A stretch of DNA of 11,352 nt from the IMG/VR virus record IMGVR_UViG_2648501338_000011. One strand, given 5' to 3'. Positions 1 to 9,709 of this stretch are shown here, piece by piece. Below the pieces are notes generated by a model, which saw only the letters and a list, made by a program, of their open reading frames with translations, did not search any database and was not told the origin of the DNA. Made by a program: the position numbers and the translations under genes. Numbering within the stretch: position 1 is the first letter of the stretch; every line of letters begins with the position of its first letter. Origin of the DNA: a virus (taxonomy: Duplodnaviria; Heunggongvirae; Uroviricota; Caudoviricetes).

Positions 1-443
1 CCGACACAGCCGTACTGCCCTTTGCTCAGGTCAGCCCTCGGATGATTCAGCGTACTCATATCCTGCACATCATGCAGACAGTGGTCAGCCGGAATAATAT
101 CGTTATATCTGCAGGCAGCCCCGCCCGGCGTCACTGTACTGCGGCGCGCCAGCTGTTTAATGCGCGGATCCGGAGCATCGTATGAATCCGGCAGCGGAAG
201 CCCTTCACCGTAAGCCATGGCATTGGACTGCCCGGCCAGTACGATGACGTAGTACCAATCCGGCTCAGATGAAGGGCCGACCTGTGGCTCTCCTTCAATA
301 GCCACCGCCTGCATCAGTGTGTACGGCGTAATGGCAACCGGTCCGCCGTATGGCTGCCAGCCCTCTTTCAGTTTGTGTGTCAGCTTTTCCGCAAGGTCTG
401 ACGGCGACGCCGCCCTGACAACATCGTAATGTTTAATCGACAT
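1..443 (-). CDS. nanS: Prophage sialate O-acetylesterase (NanS-p-like), N-terminal part; CDS continues beyond the window start
   Basis: ATG at 443..441 preceded by GGGAG SD. Translation MSIKHYDVVRAASPSDLAEKL... (DUF1737-like N-terminus) followed by VIVLAGQSNAMAYGEGLPLP, the GQSN motif typical of the SGNH/SASA sialate O-acetylesterase family. No stop within the window. Confidence 0.8.
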   Translation of the reverse strand, partial: MSIKHYDVVRAASPSDLAEKLTHKLKEGWQPYGGPVAITPYTLMQAVAIEGEPQVGPSSEPDWYYVIVLAGQSNAMAYGEGLPLPDSYDAPDPRIKQLARRSTVTPGGAACRYNDIIPADHCLHDVQDMSTLNHPRADLSKGQYGCV

Positions 444-529
444 CGAATTTCTCCCGTGTAGAGGAACAGAGTTAAAAAGCCGGAAGCGGAATCAAATCAC
501 AGGATGACCATCTGCCAGTGGCAGGTCAT

Positions 530-556
530 AAAAAAAAGGCTGCGCAATGCGCAGCC
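530..556 (-). terminator. Rho-independent terminator (8-bp GC-rich stem GGCTGCGC/GCGCAGCC, 3-nt loop, followed by T8 on the minus strand)
   Basis: Perfect inverted repeat 538..556 adjacent to an A8 run 530..537 (T8 on the minus strand). A second imperfect hairpin lies immediately next to it at 504..529. Confidence 0.5.
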
Positions 557-985
557 AGAACTCACAAGGAAAATGATAAAAGGAATAACACTAGTGATGT
601 ACGCATGGCGCCTCCCGCTAAGTTCTGCAATGATCAAACAGAACTCGCTACGTGCCCTTAAAACTCGATCATTTAGCCCCTCCAAGGAGGATTCACCATG
701 CGGTTGATTTTTTAATAAACAGTAAACAAAAAAGTCAAGAATTATTCATTCTGTTCTTTCATCATCGGCCACAGCAATACCACAATGCCGCAGACCAGAG
801 CGCCATCAGTCAGTACCAACATTATCCTGCTGGTGAAATCCATCATCACCATCACTAAAAGCAGGATCACAACAGCAAGCAGACACAGTTTATAAAACAA
901 TGTTCAGAAAACGCATTCAGCATGCCTAAGGTTCTATTCCTACGAATAGCCAACTTGCAACTTGAAATATTATTTATGCAGCCAA

Positions 986-1702
986 TTAAATTCTGGTCCT
1001 TACAATATCAACCTGAAGATTCTTATCTTGTGCTGATTGATAAATGACAAACCTTTTACTACCTGCATTGAAAGAAGTAGACAAAACCAGACAATTATCA
1101 TAACGAGCAAGAACATAATACCAACCATCATTATAATTAATCATTTCATATTCTTTCTTAAACTGTGGTTTGTAATATCCTGTCAGAAATGAAAAAAGCC
1201 AAAAATATGCCACAAAAGCAATCATCACAATCTCAAAAAAATGTTTTTTTATAAATGGCTTATCATAGAAGCATGATACCGATAAAAATCGCCCATAAGA
1301 TCTTATCGAAATTGTGACCGCCAGCGCAATCGCTGCTGACAGTAGCAAAAGAGGTACCTGAATCTTCTGTCTCAATATAGAAAACTCAATAATTGCCGGC
1401 ACAAACAATAATTCCACAGCAAAATAAAGGCGAAATACATTTAGCTCTTGCATAGAATGTTTTCTTTTCACTGCGAAAAAGAATACAACACCAATACCCC
1501 AACCGATAAGAAATATAGCAATGACGATAACTGCAAAAAATAAACTTCTGGCAACATCATCAACACCTGCACCTACAATCCACCATGGGAAGCCGTAGTA
1601 AAAAGAAGTACCCCATCCATAGAAATAAGCACTCCCCCATCCAAGGCATCCCATGTAGGCAATAAAAAGTGAAGAACTCCTGAGCAGCGCACCATCCTTC
1701 AT
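986..1702 (-). CDS. Hypothetical low-GC integral membrane protein (about 5 predicted TM segments plus a roughly 55-aa soluble C-terminal tail)
   Basis: Long minus-strand ORF, strongly hydrophobic with Trp/Gly/Tyr-rich N-terminal region; AT-rich codon usage unlike the flanking genes. Start uncertain: ATG at 1702 (MKDGALL...) preferred, alternatives at 1729 and 1744. No family recognised. Confidence 0.55.
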   Translation of the reverse strand: MKDGALLRSSSLFIAYMGCLGWGSAYFYGWGTSFYYGFPWWIVGAGVDDVARSLFFAVIVIAIFLIGWGIGVVFFFAVKRKHSMQELNVFRLYFAVELLFVPAIIEFSILRQKIQVPLLLLSAAIALAVTISIRSYGRFLSVSCFYDKPFIKKHFFEIVMIAFVAYFWLFSFLTGYYKPQFKKEYEMINYNDGWYYVLARYDNCLVLSTSFNAGSKRFVIYQSAQDKNLQVDIVRTRI

Positions 1703-1842
1703 AACCACCCCAATACAAGATGATAACATTGGCTTACAACTCATAACAAAAGCAATTCAATGCCGTCAAGAGGTTACAGGCTAAAAAAACTCTATTACAT
1801 AGCAGCCAGCATGTTTACCGTACAAGTACAACTCAGGGCATA

Positions 1843-1868
1843 AAAAAAACCCACTCGGCAGCGGGTTT
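1843..1868 (-). terminator. Rho-independent terminator about 45 nt downstream of the Q-like gene stop
   Basis: Minus-strand reading AACCCGCTGCCGAGTGGGTT hairpin followed by TTTTTTTT; an A8 run on the other side makes it potentially bidirectional. Confidence 0.6.
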
Positions 1869-1913
1869 ATACATTTTTTACAACATACCAAATTTGCATG
1901 AAGTATATGGCTT

Positions 1914-2603
1914 TTAATCCAGTTTTGCAATATTTTGCTGTAAAAATGCTGCCTTTTGTTTTGAACGTGTTCTCGTCACAAGCAATAAAGCATCACTATC
2001 AAGCTGTAGAAAAATGTGCTTCATTGCAACCCAGCGTTCAGTAAATGTCTCGGACCAGTTTTTTGTTGTCACTCCCACCAATGATGCCAGTGTCTGGTAT
2101 TCATAGGCCTCACGCCCTGCAAGTTCGCTCTTCACATCCTGTGCAGCCAGCCAGATTAACGTCTTCAGGCGATCCAGTGTCTTACCTGCAATTTTTCTGT
2201 TACTTAACAAATCTTTAAACTCGCTCCATGCCCATTGCGTTATGGTGACCTGATGCCCCCATCGAACGCTTTCGCTGTAACACCAAAGCAACCATGCTTT
2301 CTGATGTTCATCGAGAGACAAAACCGCGCGGCGCCATGAAGAGGTTGAGAATTCAACCGGGCTGACCAAAGCAATGGATGAACCTTTTGCGTACGACTGC
2401 TTACCGGAAGTCGGCGTATTATCCAGCGTAATCATCTTGCCAGTTACCACATCCAGAATGCGCGGCTTCTTTCGTTTGTATGTACCAGTATCAAATTGTG
2501 CATGCTCCTGCCAGGCTTCGAGCTGGCCTTTCGTTGCTCCGTTCAAGTCAGCAGTAGCTGCCATAAGTTGCTCACGAACATACTGTAAATATTGGGTATT
2601 CAT
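1914..2603 (-). CDS. Late-gene antiterminator Q-like protein (non-lambda Q type)
   Basis: 229-aa ORF starting MNTQYLQYVREQL at ATG 2603 (AAAGGA SD upstream; the track's longer ORF begins at a GTG with no SD). It occupies the Q position (end of the nin operon, directly followed by a strong terminator). No similarity to the lambda Q zinc-finger sequence; assignment is by position and recollection of Q-like prophage proteins. Confidence 0.6.
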   Translation of the reverse strand: MNTQYLQYVREQLMAATADLNGATKGQLEAWQEHAQFDTGTYKRKKPRILDVVTGKMITLDNTPTSGKQSYAKGSSIALVSPVEFSTSSWRRAVLSLDEHQKAWLLWCYSESVRWGHQVTITQWAWSEFKDLLSNRKIAGKTLDRLKTLIWLAAQDVKSELAGREAYEYQTLASLVGVTTKNWSETFTERWVAMKHIFLQLDSDALLLVTRTRSKQKAAFLQQNIAKLD

Positions 2604-3076
2604 GCAGTAAATCCTTTCTATATTTTGGCATAATTCTTCAACATTCGGTAATCGTTCAAAACCGAATCGGGGAAACGACATAAGCACAGGAGCCCCCAGC
2701 GACAGCGAAGGAGTTCTGATATATAAGACTCAGACATCATTCATTCCCCGGTTCTCCAATATCTGTTTCACTCATCATCCATAACTACCTGTAATTGCCC
2801 CCCTTTTTTTGTAACAGTTCTTATATTGCTATATAGAATAGCCATTACTAATGCATTTAAATTTAATAAAATAAAAATTATAAAAAACATAAAACACCAC
2901 GCAAACACACTTAATAAAAACACCGTTACATTAAAAGATAATAAAACCGCAATAAAAAACGAATAAATCAATTGTCTCACGCAATTATAAAACATCATAT
3001 TGATTACGCACCTTGTATTACAAACTCATGTATGTAAAATACGCGCACCATTCAAAAAAAAGGAAGACAATAACAT
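2604..3076. promoter_or_regulatory. Very AT-rich intergenic region upstream of lpxR, divergent from the Q start; probable promoter/H-NS-type silenced regulatory region
   Basis: About 75-80% A+T over roughly 300 bp with multiple A/T tracts. No specific promoter pinned down. Confidence 0.3.
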
Positions 3077-4036
3077 ATGAAAAAAAGTGTCATCGCTGGC
3101 GTCTTTATTGCTCTGTCATTTACCACGTGTTCAGCTATCGCGAACAGCCTTGCATTATCATTAGCAAATGATGATGCAGGGAAGTTTCAACCAATACTTA
3201 ATGATATTTATGGCAATAAACATGAAAACAGAGATGATTACTCACAAGGCTTATTTCTGGGATATAGCCACGATATCTCAGACTCGAGCCAATTATCTCT
3301 CCATATTGCGCAAGATATTTACTCTCCATCAGGCAGTAATAAAAGACACAACACAGCTGTAACTGGAGACAGAGCTTTTAGTGCATACACTCACACTGGT
3401 ATTGAATGGAACTCCCTTGCGAATGACTGGATTCGCTATCGATTAGGTACTGACATAGGTGTTGTTGGCCCCGACGCAGGCGGTCAGAAAGTACAAAATA
3501 AAGCTCATGAGATTATTGGGGCAGAAAAATATCATGCATGGGATGATCAAATAGAGAATCGCTACGGTTATACTGTAAAAGGGATGCTATCCATGACACC
3601 AAGTATGGATATTTTAGGTGCTAATGTTGGATTATACCCTGAAGTTTCTGCTGTTACTGGAAACTTATTTCAATATGTAGCATATGGCGCAACCATTGCC
3701 ATTGGTAATGATAAAACCTTCAATTCGGATAATGGCTTTGGTCTGCTGGCTCCCCGTGGTTTAATGCATATGTCCGATACAAGCGGATTCAAATACAAGA
3801 TTTTTGCAGGTATGGAAAGACGAGATGTCAATCGCAACTATACTCTCGAAGGAAAAACAATACAGACGAAACAAACAACAGTATCGCTAAACAAAACTGT
3901 TGATGAATATCAAGTTGGCGCAACAATTGGGTATGCACCTGTAGCCTTCACACTAGCATTTAATAAAGTAACATCAGAATTCAAGACAGGGGATGACTAT
4001 TCATTTATAAATGGAGCAATCACCTTCTTTTTTTAA
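3077..4036 (+). CDS. lpxR: Outer-membrane lipid A 3'-O-deacylase LpxR (prophage moron)
   Basis: 319 aa; signal peptide ending AIA; C-terminal ...ITFFF typical of beta-barrel OMPs. With mature numbering from N23, residues N9, D10, S34 and H122 align with the LpxR catalytic set (N9, D10, T34, H122). Gene is lower GC than the neighbouring nin genes. Confidence 0.85.
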   Translation: MKKSVIAGVFIALSFTTCSAIANSLALSLANDDAGKFQPILNDIYGNKHENRDDYSQGLFLGYSHDISDSSQLSLHIAQDIYSPSGSNKRHNTAVTGDRAFSAYTHTGIEWNSLANDWIRYRLGTDIGVVGPDAGGQKVQNKAHEIIGAEKYHAWDDQIENRYGYTVKGMLSMTPSMDILGANVGLYPEVSAVTGNLFQYVAYGATIAIGNDKTFNSDNGFGLLAPRGLMHMSDTSGFKYKIFAGMERRDVNRNYTLEGKTIQTKQTTVSLNKTVDEYQVGATIGYAPVAFTLAFNKVTSEFKTGDDYSFINGAITFFF

Positions 4037-4083
4037 CTGAATTGAATTCAATCAAAATAACATAAGTCCAACAAAAACATAAA

Positions 4084-4118
4084 GTGCGAAATGAATGCCA
4101 GCTCCATTTATTTCGCAC
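4084..4118. terminator. Strong 14-bp stem-loop between the convergent lpxR and phosphatase genes; candidate bidirectional terminator
   Basis: GTGCGAAATGAATG / CATTTATTTCGCAC inverted repeat with a 7-nt loop. U-rich tract is better on the minus strand (TTTATGTTTTTGTT) than on the plus strand. Confidence 0.45.
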
Positions 4119-4247
4119 TATAAAAGATTAAAAGTTGCAATAAAATAATAAAATGACTCAGTTACGAAAACCAATAAACTATGGCCAGTAGTGAGTCGCT
4201 CATCATCGGGCTTTTTGGCGAATGAAATTTAGCTACGCTTTCGAGTC

Positions 4248-4913
4248 TCATGCGCCTTCTCCCTGTACCTGAATCAATGTGAGGTTTCCGCAGAACACTG
4301 CGCCAGTATCGATATACATCTGGTTGGCAAATTTGAGTGGTTTCACTGCTGGCGTATGACCAAAGATGAACGTGTCCGCGCCTTTGATTTCTTTCACGAT
4401 CCCGTCTTGTGAGTTGCTGATTCGTTCGCGGTTCCAGATTACCTGCTGATGATCAACTGGCTTTCCAAACTCGTATTTATCACAAGGATAATCGGCGTGG
4501 CAAATGACATATTTTTTATCTTTGCTCACCAGTTCGATGATTAACGGAAGTTCTTCTGCTTTATGGGCAAGAACTTTAGCCAGAGTCTCTTTGTCGTAAT
4601 CGAGATTAAAGAACCAGCCACCGCCATTAAGCAGCCAGTGATTAACGTTTCCACGCTCTGATAAGCCATCAATCATCATTTGCTCATGGTTTCCACGCAC
4701 AGCTCTGAACCAGGGGAATGTGATTAATTCCAGACATTCGACGTTCTCTGTACCGCGATCAACCAAATCGCCAACCGAGATGAGCAGGTCTTTTTTGGTG
4801 TCGAATCCAATCGTATCCAGTTTGTTCATCAGGTTCGTGTAGCATCCGTGCAGGTCGCCAGCTACCCAAATATTTCGGTATTTGCTGCCATCAATTCTTT
4901 CGTAGATATTCAT
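4248..4913 (-). CDS. ninI: Lambda-type Ser/Thr protein phosphatase (lambda orf221/NinI homolog)
   Basis: 221 aa, with metallophosphoesterase motifs GDLHG, GDLVDRG, GNHE. Start ATG overlaps the ninG stop (ATGA). Confidence 0.9.
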   Translation of the reverse strand: MNIYERIDGSKYRNIWVAGDLHGCYTNLMNKLDTIGFDTKKDLLISVGDLVDRGTENVECLELITFPWFRAVRGNHEQMMIDGLSERGNVNHWLLNGGGWFFNLDYDKETLAKVLAHKAEELPLIIELVSKDKKYVICHADYPCDKYEFGKPVDHQQVIWNRERISNSQDGIVKEIKGADTFIFGHTPAVKPLKFANQMYIDTGAVFCGNLTLIQVQGEGA

Positions 4914-5524
4914 GCAGCCTCACTTCTGCTGTTTCGCAGGTCTTTGAGTTTCTGTTGGTACTCTGCCTTGATCGCCTTGCACTCTTCGACAGTCCAGCGA
5001 TGGCGGTTATGGTTTGATTCGATTTCGTCTACTGCTTCCTGCCCGATGCGGCTAATCAGTTCGACGCGATACGGAACGAGATTTCCGCTTTTGTGCTGGT
5101 TGCACACCACGCATTGCTTGTGAATATTGCGTTCATCAAATCGGAGTTGAGGTGCCGCAGCAGTTGTCCGGTAATGTCCGGCATCCCACTGAGCAGACGT
5201 GAGCGTTCCGCACGAGATACATGGTAAGTCGCGGTCTCTTTCTCTGATGAAGGCGTTTACGGCTTGTTGGGCTTGTTTAATCCAGTAACTGCGGGGCTTT
5301 AAGGCGAGTTTTCGAATCTTAAGTTTATCTTTCTGTTTCTGCTCCTCTCGTCGTCGTTTCTTCTCTGCTGCTTTTTCCGCTTTTTCGCGTTCTTTACTTC
5401 GTCGTTCGAGTGCTATCTTGGTTCCACACTCTGGAGAGCACCACCACTGATTAGCGAATGCAGGGTGAAACCATTCCCGACATTCATCGTTTTTACATCG
5501 TCTTCGCGCTGGTTTAGCCATCAT
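4910..5524 (-). CDS. ninG: NinG (Rap) recombination-associated protein
   Basis: 204 aa, [33 protein letters not shown]..., recognised as lambda NinG with conserved Cys clusters; position between ninF and the phosphatase. Confidence 0.9.
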   Translation of the reverse strand: MMAKPARRRCKNDECREWFHPAFANQWWCSPECGTKIALERRSKEREKAEKAAEKKRRREEQKQKDKLKIRKLALKPRSYWIKQAQQAVNAFIRERDRDLPCISCGTLTSAQWDAGHYRTTAAAPQLRFDERNIHKQCVVCNQHKSGNLVPYRVELISRIGQEAVDEIESNHNRHRWTVEECKAIKAEYQQKLKDLRNSRSEAA

Positions 5525-5684
5525 CTTCTTCCTCGTGCATCGAGCTATTCGAATCGCTCATCAGCTCTGCACAGCAGTGCTCACACACGTGAACTTCCAG
5601 CACATGCAGCTTCTGACCGCAATTAGCGCACGTTAAAGCCCGCTCGACGCTTTCTTGTTCGTAACTTCGATTTGGGTCAATCAC
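5514..5684 (-). CDS. ninF: NinF
   Basis: C-terminal ...[34 protein letters not shown]...EEEDDG matches lambda NinF. No ATG is available; a GTG at 5684 overlaps the ninE stop (GTGA), and an alternative GTG at 5726 would give 70 aa. Confidence 0.7.
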   Translation of the reverse strand: MIDPNRSYEQESVERALTCANCGQKLHVLEVHVCEHCCAELMSDSNSSMHEEEDDG

Positions 5685-5863
5685 CTTGTATTCCTCGCAC
5701 GATGTCTTAGCCACCGGATATCCCACAGGTGAGCCGTGTAGTTGAAGGTTTTTACGTCAGATTCTTTTGGGATTGGCTTGCGTTTATTTCTGGAGCGTTT
5801 CGTTGGAAGGTATTTGCAGTTTTCGCAGATGATGTCGGTGAAACTTCGTCGTTGTCGCCTCAT
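5681..5863 (-). CDS. ninE: NinE
   Basis: 60 aa, [23 protein letters not shown]..., matches lambda NinE; start overlaps the methyltransferase stop (ATGA). Confidence 0.85.
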   Translation of the reverse strand: MRRQRRSFTDIICENCKYLPTKRSRNKRKPIPKESDVKTFNYTAHLWDIRWLRHRARNTR

Positions 5864-6387
5864 GCCGCCCTCCTGACGCCCTGCCCGATCGCCATCAATG
5901 CCGCTTTGGATACGATAGTAAACATCCGTCGAGGACTAATGAACGGTCGCCAAATCAGCAGCATGGAGCCTTTGCTGTTTCCCTTCTTCTCCAGCCCTGT
6001 CGATGGTTCGATAAAATTAATCCGTCCATCAGTGATAATACGAACTTCGTCAACACTCTCCAGAGCCTTGCTGAACCATCCGACAGACATATCCTCTGGC
6101 ACAAGCATCACTACCGTCTGTCGCTGTTGTATGCACTGCTCAGCGGCTTTTTCCACCCACGGCCTGATATTGCTGTACGGTGGGTTATTCCAGATTGCAC
6201 CGTGGCTTATCCACTCAGAATTTAGCGCGTCGTCAGCCTCAGTTAGCCAGTGAGCGCACAGAGCGTTTTTGTCGCTCGCTGCCGAATCCAGCCAGAATCC
6301 AAACTCAATATCCAGTGCATCAAAAAGCCAAAGCGGCGTTTGCCAGCAGTCCTTGTCGTGTGCTGGCGTATTTGATTTGATAGTCAT
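5860..6387 (-). CDS. Phage orphan DNA N6-adenine methyltransferase (Dam-like)
   Basis: 175 aa from ATG 6387 ([26 protein letters not shown]...), containing the NPPY catalytic motif (WNNPPYS). Start overlaps the ninB stop (ATGA). It occupies the ninC/ninD position of lambda. Confidence 0.85.
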   Translation of the reverse strand: MTIKSNTPAHDKDCWQTPLWLFDALDIEFGFWLDSAASDKNALCAHWLTEADDALNSEWISHGAIWNNPPYSNIRPWVEKAAEQCIQQRQTVVMLVPEDMSVGWFSKALESVDEVRIITDGRINFIEPSTGLEKKGNSKGSMLLIWRPFISPRRMFTIVSKAALMAIGQGVRRAA

Positions 6388-6824
6388 GCAGCCCGATCTC
6401 CCCATCGCGCTTTCCATTCGAGAGCCAGTCGCGCTTCGTCTGACCACTTAACGCCACGCTCTGTACCGAATGCCTGTATAAGCTCTAATAGCTCCGCAAA
6501 TTCGCTTACACGCATCCTGCTGGTTGGCTGGCCTATTACCACAAAGCCATTCCCGGCAAGGTTAGGAACAACATCCTGCTGCTTTAATGCTGCGGTAAAC
6601 ACACACTTCCAGCTTTCTGCATCCAGCCAGCGACCATGCCATTCAACCTGACGAGAGACGTCACCTAAGCAGGCCCATAGCTTCCTGTTTTGGTCTAAGC
6701 TGCGGTTGCGTTCCTGAATGGTTACTACGATTGGTTTGGTCGGGTCTGGAAGGATTTGCTGTACTGCGTGAATAGCGTTTTGCTGATGTGCTGGAGATCG
6801 AATTTCAAAGGTTAGTTTTTTCAT
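6384..6824 (-). CDS. ninB: NinB (Orf-family recombination mediator)
   Basis: 146 aa from ATG 6824 (MKKLTFEIRSPAHQQNAIHAVQQILPDPTKPIVVTIQERNRSLDQNRKLW...), essentially lambda NinB; GGAG-type SD upstream. Confidence 0.9.
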   Translation of the reverse strand: MKKLTFEIRSPAHQQNAIHAVQQILPDPTKPIVVTIQERNRSLDQNRKLWACLGDVSRQVEWHGRWLDAESWKCVFTAALKQQDVVPNLAGNGFVVIGQPTSRMRVSEFAELLELIQAFGTERGVKWSDEARLALEWKARWGDRAA

Positions 6825-6840
6825 GACTTCCCTCTCCCCC

Positions 6841-6872
6841 AAATAAAAAGGCCTGCGATTACCAGCAGGCCT
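6841..6872 (-). terminator. tR2-like rho-independent terminator between ren and ninB
   Basis: AGGCCTGC / GCAGGCCT 8-bp stem with 8-nt loop, followed on the minus strand by TTTTATTT; the position corresponds to lambda tR2. Confidence 0.6.
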
Positions 6873-6897
6873 GTTATTAGCTCAGTGATGTAGATGG

Positions 6898-7184
6898 TCA
6901 TCTTTTAACTCCATATACCGCCAATACCCGTTTCATCGCGGCACTCTGGCGACACTCCTTAAAAATCAGGTTCGTGCTCATCTTTCCTTCCCGTTCTTCC
7001 CTAGTAGCGAACCGGTAATACACCGTTCGCCAGACCTTACCTTCGATAACCAGAAGACCTGCCCGTGCCATTTTAGCCGCGGCCTGATTTATGCTGGTTA
7101 CTGTTGCGCCTGTTAACGCGGCAACGTCCGGCGCACAGAAGCTATTATGCGTCCCCAGGTAATGAATAATTGCCTCTTTGCCCG

Positions 7185-7188
<4 letters not shown>
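6898..7188 (-). CDS. ren: Ren
   Basis: 96 aa, MTGKEAIIHYLGTHNSFCAPDVAALTGATVTSINQAAAKMARAG..., matches lambda Ren; start overlaps the P stop. Confidence 0.9.
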
Positions 7189-9514
<2,326 letters not shown>

Positions 9515-9564
9515 TCCCCACCTCAATCTCGATAACAAAAAAACAAACTATTTTCCGTTTAAAA

Positions 9565-9638
9565 ACAATGGAGTTTGTTTTTCACGTCCCTTTTTTACAA
9601 TATTTCTTGTTTACAACATACAATCTTCCTTGTAATTT
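9565..9638 (+). promoter_or_regulatory. imm434-type left operators OL and promoter PL
   Basis: 14-bp ACAA-N6-TTGT operators at 9565..9578, 9597..9610, 9620..9633; putative PL -35 TTTACA (9610..9615), 17-bp spacer, -10 TAATTT (9633..9638), reading towards N. Confidence 0.7.
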
Positions 9639-9678
9639 TAAGCCATCAGCAGGACGCACTGACCACCATTGAAGGTGA

Positions 9679-9709
9679 GGCTCTTAAAAATTAAGCCCTG
9701 AAGAAGGGC
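9679..9709 (+). promoter_or_regulatory. nutL (boxA GGCTCTTA + boxB hairpin GCCCTGAAGAAGGGC)
   Basis: boxA-like 9679..9686 and boxB stem-loop 9695..9709 (5-bp stem GCCCT/AGGGC, GAAGA loop), about 160 nt upstream of N, as in the lambda PL leader. Confidence 0.8.

Noticed and set aside
497-858. Track ORFs 497..685 (-), 504..707 (+) and 652..858 (+)
   Set aside because: They run across the hairpin/T8 terminator structures, start at non-ATG codons or lack an SD, and have odd composition (e.g. a His-run from repeated CAT/CAC); likely non-coding.
445-985. tRNA genes or stx genes between Q and nanS-p, as found in Stx phages
   Set aside because: No cloverleaf-compatible sequence (no T-loop GTTCGAATC-type motif) and no ORFs resembling StxA/StxB; the interval instead contains hairpins and a membrane-protein moron.
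2374-2610. 78-aa plus-strand ORF antisense within the Q-like gene
   Set aside because: Fully embedded antisense in a well-supported CDS; no RBS.
2768-2998. 76-aa minus-strand ORF (hydrophobic) inside the AT-rich block upstream of lpxR
   Set aside because: Lies entirely in about 80% A+T intergenic DNA where T-rich codons produce hydrophobic pseudo-proteins; no RBS; better explained as the lpxR promoter/regulatory region.
3168-3362. 64-aa plus-strand ORF in an alternative frame inside lpxR
   Set aside because: Same-strand alternative frame of a confidently identified gene.
4848-6451. Plus-strand ORFs 4848..5123, 5729..6253, 6180..6380, 6269..6451 antisense to ninG/ninE/methyltransferase
   Set aside because: Antisense shadows of GC-rich, recognised minus-strand genes with tight translational coupling; no independent signals.
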